64,000 nt of DNA, taken from the IMG/VR virus record IMGVR_UViG_3300049489_000400, positions 34,718 to 98,717 of that record; one strand, given 5' to 3'. The stretch is from a virus. A model generated the notes under the pieces. That model saw only the letters and a list, made by a program, of their open reading frames with translations, was not told where the DNA came from and made no database searches. Position numbers and translations under genes: made by a program. Positions 18,879-30,271 of the stretch are shown one piece after another (within the stretch, counting starts at the first letter, position 1; each line of letters starts with the position of its first letter).

Positions 18879-19361
18879 TTAATCGTTTACTGCTATTATA
18901 ATTACTAGAGTTGCCTTAGATTCATCTGGAACTACAATGTTTGATATTCTTATATCCGTAGATAAATTCTTAACATTAGTCAAAGAAAATTCAGACATAT
19001 TTCCAAGAGACATCTCAACATCTTCCAAATACACATCAAATCTTATTGGAGTTCTAAAGGAATTTATAGAATTTGATTCATAGCAGAAAACATGCAAACT
19101 AGCTATATTGTCTATAGAATCACATCTAATAACATCTTGTTGTAAAAGAACATCAAATGTATTACCAGGCTTTAATTCATAAACGAATTTATTTGCATTT
19201 GTTAATTTGAAATCATTGGTTGCTAACCCATCTTCGGAATTATCAATAATTTCTTCTGAGTCACCTATGCAAGTCCAATCAAATGAACCTGTATTCCCAT
19301 CCTTTCTCATGTCTGAGGATGAGTCTTTGAACTCTATTCTATTTGATACTTTGATTATCAT
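18879..19361 (-). CDS. hypothetical tail-module protein
   Basis: 160 aa, beta-rich, follows the fibre gene. Confidence 0.55.
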   Translation of the reverse strand: MIIKVSNRIEFKDSSSDMRKDGNTGSFDWTCIGDSEEIIDNSEDGLATNDFKLTNANKFVYELKPGNTFDVLLQQDVIRCDSIDNIASLHVFCYESNSINSFRTPIRFDVYLEDVEMSLGNMSEFSLTNVKNLSTDIRISNIVVPDESKATLVIIIAVND

Positions 19362-19362
19362 C

Positions 19363-21858
19363 TTAAACCATTTTTTGTATGTATAATAAACCTTTATAAC
19401 TAGGTCTGTTGTCTATTGCATTAGGTGTGGTTACACCACCAGCATTAGAAGTCGTTCCTGAAAAAGTGTGATTGTGAGAACCACCACTAAGAACTCCAGA
19501 TGCTTCACCATTAGGATAATTTACAGTTCCTTGATTAGAATTTCTACCTACAAGACCAGGTATACCAGAAGTACCCCCATCTCTAACATTCAATTGTAAA
19601 GTATGAGTGTGTGCTCCATCTGTCGTAGTCGTGCCTGAAAAGGTGTGATTATGTTCAGGCATTTGTGAAGCACTTAAAGTATATGAGTTTTGACCTCCTG
19701 AAGAACCAGTTGATGATGGAGTAGCAACTCCCATAGGGAATGAATTTATCATATCTAATGAACCATTTTGCCCATTACATATTTGCCAACCCCAAACGCC
19801 TTTCTTTATTCCTGCTCCTAAAGCATCAAAATATGAGTTAGCAACCCCATGCAACATTCTAACTGTTCCTTTAGGAGTAATGTCAGATTCAAACTGTACA
19901 ATCCAATGATTCAATTCATTAAATGTACATCTTATCATTAAGCCACGCTTTTCTGATTGAGTAGCATTATCAATTGTTTGATTTCTAATGTAGAAAGTCT
20001 CATTACTGGTTATTTCAGACAGCAAAGTGAAACTCGTAGGATTGACGTAGTCTTCTACTATTCTCAATCTAAAAGTATCTAATGTTATCCATTGTTCTAA
20101 GTGAAGTAGGAAAAAGTTACCTTCACGGAAATAAGCACCACTAGCATCAGTTCTTTTAAGATGAATGAACATATCTGCAGAAAGAACGAAAGAACCTTTA
20201 TAATGTTGATATTGTTTATCCACCCCAACTTCCAATTCAACTACAGGAATTGAGTTATCTAAAGCAGTAGTATTAACTCCAATTAAATCTCCTGTTTGTA
20301 CTTGCTCTTGGAAATTTTGAAAAGAGTCTGGAGCCTCACATATTTTAATAAATCCAAACTCTGCATGGCCAGTATAAGGAACTTGAACACGGTCTATCGG
20401 ATTAGGATTTATGTTACCATAATTATCGAATGACGTTTCATCGAAGTAACCTACTGAATCACTTGGGAAAACCAACCAATCAGTATATCCAAAGAAAGTC
20501 TTGTATCTGAACGTGACATTATATTTATAACATCCATCAAGAGTTTGAATAAGACACTTAGCTACTGGTGTATTTATGTTAAACTCGAATTTCTTTTCCA
20601 ATATAGGATATGGGAAAATTTCTGCGACGTCTGCATCACCATCAACATCACCAGTATCTATCAATAATCCATCTCTTCTGAATCTTAACTCGATACCCTC
20701 AAATGGAGGAGCAATGAATAAATCATCCGCATTTCCGTACTCATCAATATTTAGAACATCTAATGTTATTACTATTTGAGTTCCAGATTGTTGAGAATCT
20801 ATAATATTTTGGTAATTACCATTTTTAGAATACAATCTCCAACCAGTAAAATCTCCAGAACTAAAGAAAGATGTGTCTTTGAAAACACCGCCTTGACCTA
20901 TGAGTATAGATATTTTCTTTGAAGAAGTATCAATTGTATAACTTGAAAATCTAAATCCCCAAGCTAAATTAACCTCATTGGATTCTCTAGTTGAATTAGG
21001 ATGAGTATATTTAACTGATTCAACACCAATTAAAGGGTTGAAATGTGAAGTTCTATTTAAATAAGTAACTAGATTTTCTGCCTGAGTTCTCCACCAATCT
21101 TCTCTTTTGTCTTCCAACTGCAAAGTAAGTCCAGTATTTCTTACACGTGCAATATAAAACTCTTCGTCAGCAATTGCAGAAGGTCTAGTATTAAGTGTTG
21201 TTTCTTGTACAAGTGTTATTTCTACAGAATCATACTCAAATATCTTTTGATCAGCAACAGGAACTACATAGCCTGGAGTAAAAGTACCCACAACAGCAAA
21301 TTTTAAATTCGATTCTGTTATGAAATCTCCTTGTATAATAGCTTGAGTCTGACCAAGAACTCTTACAACTTCGTAATCGTTTCCGTTACCAGCAGTTGAA
21401 TTTAAAAATCTTATTTTTGTTGGGAAATTTGGTTGACCTCTGAATATATTTTCAAATTCTGTTCCTACCCCATTTAAATTTCCAAAAGTGTCTACTGATA
21501 CAGTTCCCTCTTCTTCATTTGAAAATGCATGTTTGATTTTTATCCAATACCAAATACCGTCATTAGGTATTTGTATATTTTGAAAATCTTTATTGAGAAT
21601 GAAATTTGCATTTATGTCTATTGCTAAACCTGGATACACCTTAACTTCATCAGTTGGTGTTCCAGCTTTTTCTACATAGAATGAATCTTCTTTATTTATA
21701 ACTCCAAGGTCTGGAAATGTACAATCTTTAACTATACCAAATTCTCTGGTATTAGCCAATCTTTGTCTTTTATAACCCCAATCTCCAAGAGTTTGTTTGA
21801 GTCTGTTTAACTCAGCAACTTCAAGGAATAAATTTGAACTTATCTTTACATTACTCAT
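19363..21858 (-). CDS. baseplate-attached tail fibre protein
   Basis: C-terminal GWQICNGQNG, QMPEHNHTFSG, GAHTH, HNHTFSG, DNRPSY (T4 gp12/gp37-type HxH fibre tip). Confidence 0.75.
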   Translation of the reverse strand: MSNVKISSNLFLEVAELNRLKQTLGDWGYKRQRLANTREFGIVKDCTFPDLGVINKEDSFYVEKAGTPTDEVKVYPGLAIDINANFILNKDFQNIQIPNDGIWYWIKIKHAFSNEEEGTVSVDTFGNLNGVGTEFENIFRGQPNFPTKIRFLNSTAGNGNDYEVVRVLGQTQAIIQGDFITESNLKFAVVGTFTPGYVVPVADQKIFEYDSVEITLVQETTLNTRPSAIADEEFYIARVRNTGLTLQLEDKREDWWRTQAENLVTYLNRTSHFNPLIGVESVKYTHPNSTRESNEVNLAWGFRFSSYTIDTSSKKISILIGQGGVFKDTSFFSSGDFTGWRLYSKNGNYQNIIDSQQSGTQIVITLDVLNIDEYGNADDLFIAPPFEGIELRFRRDGLLIDTGDVDGDADVAEIFPYPILEKKFEFNINTPVAKCLIQTLDGCYKYNVTFRYKTFFGYTDWLVFPSDSVGYFDETSFDNYGNINPNPIDRVQVPYTGHAEFGFIKICEAPDSFQNFQEQVQTGDLIGVNTTALDNSIPVVELEVGVDKQYQHYKGSFVLSADMFIHLKRTDASGAYFREGNFFLLHLEQWITLDTFRLRIVEDYVNPTSFTLLSEITSNETFYIRNQTIDNATQSEKRGLMIRCTFNELNHWIVQFESDITPKGTVRMLHGVANSYFDALGAGIKKGVWGWQICNGQNGSLDMINSFPMGVATPSSTGSSGGQNSYTLSASQMPEHNHTFSGTTTTDGAHTHTLQLNVRDGGTSGIPGLVGRNSNQGTVNYPNGEASGVLSGGSHNHTFSGTTSNAGGVTTPNAIDNRPSYKGLLYIQKMV

Positions 21859-21869
21859 GATTAATCGTC

Positions 21870-23597
21870 TTAATTTATATCTAGTAATACCTGCCTATCA
21901 TTAATTTTAGGGGTCAAACTGTACTGTGTCAATCTGTTTTGATATGGTATCAAAAAGTCTTCTATGAAATTTTGAATCTCCCAATCAGCCATTCCGTTTG
22001 AATTATTTCTGAACCAATTTAAAATAAATCCGCTACCTTGTAAAAATTGTGGATTTTTAATATGTGGCTCTAAACCGCTTGTCAAAGGTCTTGAATTTTT
22101 ACCTCTTACAAGTGGTCTCATTTTGAAGTCATGAATTTTATAGACATCATTTGAATCATTAGAATCTAAATATAAAGATATTTTTATTTTTTCGACATCT
22201 TCATTAGAATTAAATCTCAAATTTATACCTTGATTTACATTCAATTTTCGCTCTGGTCCAGTTATAGGCTGACTATCAGCAGCATATATTATCGCTCTTA
22301 CAAAATACCATTCATTTTCTATTTTAGTTATAGATTGAGTATTATCTAACAAGAATGTATTTTCTGTAAGTAAGTTGTCTATTCTTTGGAATGACAAAGG
22401 CTTATATATGTTGTTTCTGTTATAACCTGTTACTCCAAATCGGATAGTTCCAGAAGTTCCTATATTCCTTTTTATTAAAAAAGTTATCTCGTAATCAATT
22501 TCTTTGTCTACGATTATTAACTGTTCTGGTAAAGTTATTGTCTCTGGATTATCTAAGTCAAATCCGAATCCTTGCAATCCTGCTCCACCTATTAACCCAG
22601 CTACAAATTTAGTTCCTTCATTAGTTATGAAGACATTATCTTCATTTATCAAATCATATTTAGAAAGATCAACAAAATCTTTTGTATTCTCTTCTGTTTT
22701 ATTAATTTGAGTTGAAAAATAAGTCCCATTATACATAGGTGAAGATTGTCCGATACACCAACCGTGTTTATGTTTTTCTACAACATCTACAAGAAATTCG
22801 TCATAGTGGTTTTTACAAATTAATCTTAACCATTCACCTCTAATCGGAACTTTAGAACCATTCAACAGATTTGAACCTTTCTCTTTGTAAATCATTTGAG
22901 TACCTCTCTTACGAATTTCGTCATAGAAATTGTTAGCTAGGAATTGTAAATCCATGAATGGTATTTGGTCTTCACAAAAAGCAATATTTCTCTGCTTCAT
23001 ATACTCTATCAAATATTTCCTTTTGTAAAGTATAGTATCAAATTCATGCATGAATGCAGAAATATAAGCAAGAAAGAAACAAACTGCTGACCATAAAGAT
23101 ACGAAATCAGTATCATCCACTCCTTCACCTCTTTCTATGAATTCTGGAAGTATCCCTGATTTGTAAATCTTCTTTAGAAGGTTATTTGCAGTCGCTGAAG
23201 TTAATGCATCATTACAAACCAAATCCTCAAATATGCTTTCAAGACTTACCGTATTATTGCATATTTGTATGATTATATTACCTATGAGTTGTAATCCTTG
23301 AAATTCTAGTATCCCAGTACCATCTGAACCTAATCTCTGGTATTTGAATTCAAAGAATATTAAACCAGGAACATTTCCTGTTATATTAGATAGATTAGCA
23401 TTTGTTAGAGACATCCAAGAACTGTAGTTCACCCCGTCAGTTGAGTATCTAAAACTTTTTGTAAAATATCTATTTGGAGTCTCACCTTGAATTGTATCTA
23501 CAAAACTTGTTATAGTTACATTCCCTGCAACTGCTCCTTGGGAGTATATAAATAAAACATCCCCAATTTCCGATACTGTATTTCCTACAACTGCCAT
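21870..23597 (-). CDS. baseplate wedge protein
   Basis: 575 aa, downstream of baseplate J; assigned by synteny. Confidence 0.55.
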   Translation of the reverse strand: MAVVGNTVSEIGDVLFIYSQGAVAGNVTITSFVDTIQGETPNRYFTKSFRYSTDGVNYSSWMSLTNANLSNITGNVPGLIFFEFKYQRLGSDGTGILEFQGLQLIGNIIIQICNNTVSLESIFEDLVCNDALTSATANNLLKKIYKSGILPEFIERGEGVDDTDFVSLWSAVCFFLAYISAFMHEFDTILYKRKYLIEYMKQRNIAFCEDQIPFMDLQFLANNFYDEIRKRGTQMIYKEKGSNLLNGSKVPIRGEWLRLICKNHYDEFLVDVVEKHKHGWCIGQSSPMYNGTYFSTQINKTEENTKDFVDLSKYDLINEDNVFITNEGTKFVAGLIGGAGLQGFGFDLDNPETITLPEQLIIVDKEIDYEITFLIKRNIGTSGTIRFGVTGYNRNNIYKPLSFQRIDNLLTENTFLLDNTQSITKIENEWYFVRAIIYAADSQPITGPERKLNVNQGINLRFNSNEDVEKIKISLYLDSNDSNDVYKIHDFKMRPLVRGKNSRPLTSGLEPHIKNPQFLQGSGFILNWFRNNSNGMADWEIQNFIEDFLIPYQNRLTQYSLTPKINDRQVLLDIN

Positions 23598-23941
23598 TAT
23601 TCGTAATTAAAATTCAATTGTGCAATATCATCTATGAAAAATTTCTCTGCTTCTTCATCGCTGACTATCAATTCACCAGTCACATCAACTTCTAGTATTA
23701 TATCAATATCTTGATTTACAAGTAATTCATTTTCAATACCTTCAGTTCCATTTTTCAATTTTCTTCTTTCTAACAACTCAACTTCCTCAGTCGGTGCGTC
23801 TTTGAAAGTTACTAATTCAGAATCAACATTTACTACCTTATCATCGAAATTAACGGACATGGTGAAGGAACCATTATCGCTAGATAAACTGGTAAGATTA
23901 TCAACCTGACTTTTAGTTCTTGTATTTAATACCTTATCCAT
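23597..23941 (-). CDS. hypothetical acidic baseplate-region protein
   Basis: 114 aa in the baseplate operon. Confidence 0.55.
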   Translation of the reverse strand: MDKVLNTRTKSQVDNLTSLSSDNGSFTMSVNFDDKVVNVDSELVTFKDAPTEEVELLERRKLKNGTEGIENELLVNQDIDIILEVDVTGELIVSDEEAEKFFIDDIAQLNFNYE

Positions 23942-23942
23942 A

Positions 23943-25139
23943 TTACAAAGACTTTAAAACTGTAATCTGATAAGCGAAATCAGACTCAGCTGGGTAATAT
24001 ACTGGGTTCAGTGTTCCTGAAACATTTTCAAGAATATTGCCATTTATATTCATCATAAGGAAACCTCTGAATCTCGGCAAATAACCTCTCGGTATTGTGA
24101 AATTAGTATTTGGATAAAAATAGTTATCTAATACAAGATTTACTCCTGGTACAGATTTAACAGCGTTGATTAAATCAATCCATTCGATTACAGTATCTTG
24201 CTTCCAGAATCTCCAATCAACTACCTTACTTAAAGCTATTTGACACTGTTTTCTTATTTCATCTGTAGAGTACGAATTATCTATATCAACTCTACAGCTA
24301 ACATCTATTACAAAATAAGGAACATTCTTTATTTTTATTCCATAATTTTGAAGACCATCTGGCTTCAATTCACATAAACTCAAATATTGTTCTGCTTTAA
24401 CTAAAAAGTCAGCAAGTTCTGCATTCGTAAAATCCACTCCGTTTACAGAAGCAACTCCTATGCATAAATCACCAACATTGTCCAAGCCTTGATTAAATAC
24501 TCTTAAAACATTTGAATTGAATTTTCTGAATATCTGTTCCAAATATGAAATAGTAGTTCTTGCCAGTACATTTATCTCATCTTTTATTCTCATTCTGAAT
24601 AAATCGTCGTCTTCAAAATCACGACCTCCAGTCATAGAAAATTCATTTATGACATATTCGTGTCCAGAAGGAACTGGAGTAACAGAATTAACAGTGAGAG
24701 CATCCACATTTGTACTCACGCCAGTGTTTTGACTAGAAACCTTAACATAAGTATAGCCTTCAGCTGGTATAATTGCTATCTCTACTACATCAAATTTTTG
24801 ACCGCTTCCTGAAAAATAATTCGTTCCTGGAGTATAAGTTGTGCCTGGTGTTCCTACCACTCTAACAAAACCGCTGCTTTTTAATGCGCCTTGTCTTGGA
24901 GCAACACCTTTAAGTTCTGCGATGGTATCCAAGTATTGACCAGTCGCTGAATCTGGGAATAGATGAGCTTCAATAACAGCTACATCCTTTAGAGTTTTTT
25001 GTGCTAATTTTGCTGCTCCGTAAGCAATCCCATTAACAACCGACCCAGGTGATACTTTAGTTATCTTGTCGGTTTGATTGAGTAATGTTTCAGAAAAAAT
25101 CTGCTTTAACTCTTCTACCGTTGTTATCTTTGTAATCAT
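23943..25139 (-). CDS. baseplate J-like wedge protein
   Basis: ATGQYLD..A...GV..R, GG.D.EDD..FR.RI, V.GV motifs. Confidence 0.9.
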   Translation of the reverse strand: MITKITTVEELKQIFSETLLNQTDKITKVSPGSVVNGIAYGAAKLAQKTLKDVAVIEAHLFPDSATGQYLDTIAELKGVAPRQGALKSSGFVRVVGTPGTTYTPGTNYFSGSGQKFDVVEIAIIPAEGYTYVKVSSQNTGVSTNVDALTVNSVTPVPSGHEYVINEFSMTGGRDFEDDDLFRMRIKDEINVLARTTISYLEQIFRKFNSNVLRVFNQGLDNVGDLCIGVASVNGVDFTNAELADFLVKAEQYLSLCELKPDGLQNYGIKIKNVPYFVIDVSCRVDIDNSYSTDEIRKQCQIALSKVVDWRFWKQDTVIEWIDLINAVKSVPGVNLVLDNYFYPNTNFTIPRGYLPRFRGFLMMNINGNILENVSGTLNPVYYPAESDFAYQITVLKSL

Positions 25140-26068
25140 ATAACAGCTGTTTTAATGATCAATAAATTAAATTTTGTATTAACTTCAAAGTCCACAAACA
25201 GGTCTCCATTATCATGAGACAATGCTGTTACTTTAAAATCTTTAAATAAGTCATCCGAACCAAATGATTTTGTCATTTCTCTAACAATAGAAGGGTAATT
25301 CAATTGCGAATAATTTGAACCCTTGTAAATAGAACCATTCAATCCAAGACTAGGAAATTCAGGAATATCACCCTTTTCTAATTGAGACAGTATATCGACA
25401 CTTTGATATACAGTTTCTTTATAACCAAGTACAACCAAGTCCTCCTCAGTTGTGTCGAAAGTTAAGAGTTTTTTCAAATCCTTACCATATATTCTTTCTC
25501 CAATAGTATTATCTATCATAGAAGTAACAAGATTGTTTTGGAATGAATCGTTTCTTAACTCCAAATCTGTACCACCGTCAATGTCCCAATCGACTTCTCT
25601 CAAATCATTATCTAATGCTATATTTTGACCTGAATTTTGAAAATTAACATCTTTCAATACATTTCTAGCTACGTCTTCCATAGTCTCATTTGCAGACATC
25701 TGATATTGGAAGACAAAACCTCTACTTGTTTTTCCTTTTACGATGCTTGATCTCAGATATTTAGAAAGTTTCTGAGTTCTTTGTAATGATGTTTTAAGAA
25801 CTTCAGCCATATCTAGTAAATCCCAAAAATCAGCTGTAGTCATCAAATTCTTTTTCTCTTTAAAAATAGAAGTCAATCTGATAGATTCTCTTTCAAGATT
25901 GTCTAATCCTACAAAATATTTTTTATCTATAAATTTCAAATCACCATTATAGAATTTTTCAATCTGTGGATACCCTACTTCAAAAAATCTTTTTGTAGCA
26001 TAAAAAAAGTTGGTTATATCATAACCACTAATTTTATTAAATTTTTCTATTGTAGCTAAATCTGCCAT
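25136..26068 (-). CDS. baseplate protein (LysM-like plus gp25-like C-terminus)
   Basis: ETMEDVA...IALDNDL segment; GDIPEFPSLG C-terminus; precedes baseplate J. Confidence 0.6.
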   Translation of the reverse strand: MADLATIEKFNKISGYDITNFFYATKRFFEVGYPQIEKFYNGDLKFIDKKYFVGLDNLERESIRLTSIFKEKKNLMTTADFWDLLDMAEVLKTSLQRTQKLSKYLRSSIVKGKTSRGFVFQYQMSANETMEDVARNVLKDVNFQNSGQNIALDNDLREVDWDIDGGTDLELRNDSFQNNLVTSMIDNTIGERIYGKDLKKLLTFDTTEEDLVVLGYKETVYQSVDILSQLEKGDIPEFPSLGLNGSIYKGSNYSQLNYPSIVREMTKSFGSDDLFKDFKVTALSHDNGDLFVDFEVNTKFNLLIIKTAVI

Positions 26069-26069
26069 A

Positions 26070-26810
26070 TTAAAAAAGAATCATATCATTAAGTAATTGC
26101 GCCTTAGTTCTGAATACACCGCCAGCAGTCAAATTATCAAAAACTGTATTTGCTTGCTTATTCAACTTAGCATTAGTAAGTAGATTTTTAAGTGATTTTT
26201 CGCTATCGAATCCTTGCAATTGTCTCACATCTCCTAATGCACGAATATCTAAACTGTAATTCCACATAGTGTTATTTTCCATGCTCTGATTGAACTGAAA
26301 ATTCATAACTTCTATAATGAATTGCTGATTAAAAGTAAGATTGTACAAAATCAAGAATTTATGATTGGTAGAACCTTTAGTATTTGATTCTGCAACCTCC
26401 TGACTTTGTAATATCATATCTTCTAACAGCTTAGTCGTTCCATAACCTGTCTTTACATTTAAATCATAATCTTTCAATCTTTTGTCACTTTCCTCTTTGT
26501 GAATCAAAAGTCTGAACTTCCTCCCGAAAGTTCCTTGAATTGAAAGATTATATGCTTGAAATGCATCTGTGTACTGAGTAAAGTATGCGTGTCCAGTCTT
26601 CTTTATATTCAATGGTGAAGTTCTTGAAATAGCAATAGCTGTAGGCATAACAGGGAAATGCATTATTTTCAGAGTGTTGAATTGACTATCAACTAACTCT
26701 AATGACATAGCATAATATTCAAAATCATTAGGATTTTTTGCATGTAGTGCTACCCTCCCCTCAGTTACGGCAAGTTCAGTCACTTTCCTTCTTACAGATT
26801 CTACAGACAT
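26070..26810 (-). CDS. tail tube initiator/baseplate protein
   Basis: FPVMP..I, I.GTFG, WNYSL motifs; synteny. Confidence 0.55.
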   Translation of the reverse strand: MSVESVRRKVTELAVTEGRVALHAKNPNDFEYYAMSLELVDSQFNTLKIMHFPVMPTAIAISRTSPLNIKKTGHAYFTQYTDAFQAYNLSIQGTFGRKFRLLIHKEESDKRLKDYDLNVKTGYGTTKLLEDMILQSQEVAESNTKGSTNHKFLILYNLTFNQQFIIEVMNFQFNQSMENNTMWNYSLDIRALGDVRQLQGFDSEKSLKNLLTNAKLNKQANTVFDNLTAGGVFRTKAQLLNDMILF

Positions 26811-26811
26811 T

Positions 26812-27270
26812 TTAATTCCAATTAGTTACTATACCACTTGAATTATTAATAGCTGTACCTGTCCTGAACCAAACATCTATAATAGAAGATAACAAATCAG
26901 CTACTTCCTCGCTAGAACCACCAGATAATCCTAAAGAAAAGGCTGGAGTTAATACTACACTCGATGGTGGAATTACGCCAGTAAATGTAGGTTGCATTCC
27001 TGAAGCAAGCACTGTTGCATAAGATATTAACCCATTAACAAATCCTTGTTCTCCTAAAGTGGGAACGGTATTGAGATGAGCTTGTAATGATATAGTTGCT
27101 GCTTGAGAAGTTGAAGATAATGGAATAACAGAAGATGCATACGAATTTATAGCATTAGCCCATCTAACAGATGCTTCTGATAACGAACTAGGGAAACCTT
27201 CATGTATTGGACTTTTTGCATCTATAATTTTCGTTATTTCATTTTTTAGATTTTGCTTCAATAACGGCAT
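26812..27270 (-). CDS. hypothetical baseplate-region protein
   Basis: 152 aa following the spike gene. Confidence 0.55.
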   Translation of the reverse strand: MPLLKQNLKNEITKIIDAKSPIHEGFPSSLSEASVRWANAINSYASSVIPLSSTSQAATISLQAHLNTVPTLGEQGFVNGLISYATVLASGMQPTFTGVIPPSSVVLTPAFSLGLSGGSSEEVADLLSSIIDVWFRTGTAINNSSGIVTNWN

Positions 27271-27271
27271 A

Positions 27272-28207
27272 TCAATCTGTATTAGTTAATTTTGACAAGA
27301 AGTTATCAAACTGTTCTTTAACAGCAGTAAATTCACTAATATTTATAGGTGTTCCACTTGGACCAAATGCTGTAGGTACGGTTAATTTAGAAATAGCATC
27401 TACGATAGAATCTAAATGAGATTTCAATGTACTACCTAAAACAACTGGTTCTTTGCCTTCTCCAAATTTTATAACACTGGAATCGTCTGCTTTGATTTGT
27501 ATTTGGGATTTGTTTATCAATATCTTATTATTGAATTCGTCTTCATATAAGAATCTATCAATAGTTTCATCACTATTTCCATTCAAAACTGTTCTCACTG
27601 AAACTGTTCCGTCAGTTTTACAAGCTGCTGTTTCTATGGTTTTATCGGAAATACTAACTATTCTGCCAGAAGCATTAACTAATACATCTCCATTTACTTT
27701 CAGTTTAAACTTAGAATTATTGTTCCTTGAGTTTAATATGATTTCAATCTCACCTTGAGTATCTTTATCCAGACCACTAGCAGTAATGGTAATTTTACCA
27801 GACTTACCATCTAAATCTAGGTCAACCATATTACCATTCATCCCTCTAGTAATACGAACTCTTTGCTCACTTAAAGAATGATATTCATCTTCATATTTCA
27901 AACAAGCTATAATTACTGGTTCGTTATGCTTAGGAATATTAACCCAAACAACTGGCGTACCTTGCTGTCCTGGTCTATCTGGGAATTTCAATCTCTGCAA
28001 AACTTCTCTATCTACAAGTACGTTATGAAAATCTCCATACCCATAACCCCCATTCATAGAAATTCTACCGCTTCTGTAAACGTCTTCTTTGTATACATCT
28101 ATATCAACATTTTTAGGTACAATTATATACCCAACCCCTGCTGATAAATTACCACTCGGCAATCCCTTTATTCCTAAATTTTCTGCTTCTTCCATATCAA
28201 CATTCAT
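27272..28207 (-). CDS. baseplate central spike (gpV/gp5-like)
   Basis: Beta-repeat middle region; C-terminal EPVVLG..L...TVPTAFGPSGTPIN. Confidence 0.7.
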   Translation of the reverse strand: MNVDMEEAENLGIKGLPSGNLSAGVGYIIVPKNVDIDVYKEDVYRSGRISMNGGYGYGDFHNVLVDREVLQRLKFPDRPGQQGTPVVWVNIPKHNEPVIIACLKYEDEYHSLSEQRVRITRGMNGNMVDLDLDGKSGKITITASGLDKDTQGEIEIILNSRNNNSKFKLKVNGDVLVNASGRIVSISDKTIETAACKTDGTVSVRTVLNGNSDETIDRFLYEDEFNNKILINKSQIQIKADDSSVIKFGEGKEPVVLGSTLKSHLDSIVDAISKLTVPTAFGPSGTPINISEFTAVKEQFDNFLSKLTNTD

Positions 28208-30269
28208 TTTGTTGTTTTCTTCTTAAAAAGAATTGAAAAACAGGGTCATTAACTTTCCAACCAATACCTTCTTGCGGAACTGATTTTTTCTTAGTAACAT
28301 TATGTTCCTTAACTACAAATTCAGCGAATCTTTCTAATGCTTTGATTTTTAATTTGTCTTTGTTGTCAGTTCTTGCTATTTCTTCCTTACTTGGAACTTT
28401 CTCATTTGTCATCAAACCATCTGGATCATACTTCGTAAGTTTTGAACCTCTTATAGATATTTTCTTATCCAATTGTTCCCTAGTAAGAGTATTGAATATT
28501 TGTAAATGTCTTTCTATTACAGCTTTCTTTAAAGTTTTGGCTCTGTTTATAGCTAAAATAGGTGTTTTACCTCCTTTGTCAGAATCTACGTAACCGACAC
28601 ATTCAAAAGGTGCATTTGGATATTCATTTATCAAAGATGCAGCTTTGTCTATATTTATAACATTAGATTCATACAATTGTTGTCTAAGACCAGGAAAATC
28701 TCTAATCTGTCTCTCCATTTTCTTGTCCATTGTATCTTTAGAAGGTGGCCAAGATTCTTTTGGAATTATCAAGTAGCTTCTATCGTTATCGAAATAAACC
28801 TGAACTGATTTCTTAGATACTTTTTCTGGGTAATCTACCACTTTCGGTGGCGGGTCAGAATAAAGTATTAGATTCCAATAACTATTTGTGCTAGCATCTT
28901 CAGGAGCACTCATATATTTCATAACCATCCCTCTACTAACTCTTAGAGTTGTTAGAAAATTTGGACCATTATCAGTCATTTGATAAGAATGAGAAACTGA
29001 ATCTACATAAAATTCTTCACCAGTAGGTAAGTATTGTATTTTCTGACCTCTTCTATGTCTGTAATCGCCTTTTATGGTTATAGTTCCTTGTCTAGTGAAG
29101 GGTAAATAAACATTTGATTCAACCATATACCTTAAATCTTCTATGGCTTTTTCTAACATTATTTTTCCGTCACTTATTTTTATGAAATTTAAATAGTTAG
29201 AAACTACTGATAAAGGTTTTGAGCCCCAAACTTCGGCATATTCTTCAAAAAATACAGCAGCAACATGTTGAAATATCAAATCTTGTTCTCCAAGGAATGA
29301 CCCTTTAGGTATAATTTGAAACCAAGAATAAACTGGCCCATCATACCAAGACAAGTCATCTGACAAAACATCTTCAATACTTATCCTATCATACGTAATC
29401 ATACCACCATTCCAACCATTGTAATCGAATGGCTCTTTTCTCACTTGGAAATAATATTGGTCACCTACAGTATCCCCCCAAAATTGTAGCCAAGGCTCTT
29501 GAACTACCTTTTTAACAAAATTCAATAAACTTCCTTGATCGAATGCTATTGTTGCGTCATTTATATTTTGACTTAGAGAATATTGGTCTGCTACTAACTT
29601 AACAATCTGCCATATACCTACAGCATTTATCTGTTCTACATTAGTGATTACTTTAGGTTGTTGCTTCTTTCTTTCTTCAACTTTTTGTTCCGAACTAGAA
29701 ACACTTTGCTTCATTATTTCAGTTGAATATTCTTCAGTTAGCTTAGAAGAACTGGCAGGATTTACGGTGTTTATTTGGTCAAGTAAAACATATCCTGCAG
29801 TGTCAACCTTACCTTCTGCTTTCAATGCTCTTAATTTTACAACAAAACCTTTTGCTGGTACAATTCCATTATTGAATTCAAAATGATGTATCTCTGAGCC
29901 CATGGCTGAACCTAGCCAATATAATCCATGTTTTGCAGCAATAGGAACTAACTTTTGATACAAATCTTTATACTTAGCCCAAGTTCCTGTGCTTTTCCTT
30001 AATACATAAGTATCAATGGCAAAACCATAATTATGTAAAGACCAACCTGGTCTGGCTGCTGGAATAGTACTCTTCCCAGATTTGTAGTTGTTATATAGTT
30101 GTTGTTGTTTTGCAATTGATCTTAATGCAGAAAATATTTTCAAATCCAGATCAGCTGCTCTAGCATCTGCTTCAAATGCTGTAAATTTATCTCTCACTTT
30201 AGGATGTAGTTGAGCAATAAATTTCTTATTCTCCTTAGCAATTCTTTCTCTTTCCTGTTGAAGTCCCAT
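28197..30269 (-). CDS. baseplate hub C-half with M15 (L-Ala-D-Glu) peptidase and OmpA-like domain
   Basis: RS...Q..LY...ARPGWSLHNYGFAID...HFE; EFYVDSVSHSY...TTLRVSRG; YFDND...GYVD...LAINRA. Confidence 0.75.
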   Translation of the reverse strand: MGLQQERERIAKENKKFIAQLHPKVRDKFTAFEADARAADLDLKIFSALRSIAKQQQLYNNYKSGKSTIPAARPGWSLHNYGFAIDTYVLRKSTGTWAKYKDLYQKLVPIAAKHGLYWLGSAMGSEIHHFEFNNGIVPAKGFVVKLRALKAEGKVDTAGYVLLDQINTVNPASSSKLTEEYSTEIMKQSVSSSEQKVEERKKQQPKVITNVEQINAVGIWQIVKLVADQYSLSQNINDATIAFDQGSLLNFVKKVVQEPWLQFWGDTVGDQYYFQVRKEPFDYNGWNGGMITYDRISIEDVLSDDLSWYDGPVYSWFQIIPKGSFLGEQDLIFQHVAAVFFEEYAEVWGSKPLSVVSNYLNFIKISDGKIMLEKAIEDLRYMVESNVYLPFTRQGTITIKGDYRHRRGQKIQYLPTGEEFYVDSVSHSYQMTDNGPNFLTTLRVSRGMVMKYMSAPEDASTNSYWNLILYSDPPPKVVDYPEKVSKKSVQVYFDNDRSYLIIPKESWPPSKDTMDKKMERQIRDFPGLRQQLYESNVINIDKAASLINEYPNAPFECVGYVDSDKGGKTPILAINRAKTLKKAVIERHLQIFNTLTREQLDKKISIRGSKLTKYDPDGLMTNEKVPSKEEIARTDNKDKLKIKALERFAEFVVKEHNVTKKKSVPQEGIGWKVNDPVFQFFLRRKQQNEC

Positions 30270-30271
30270 AA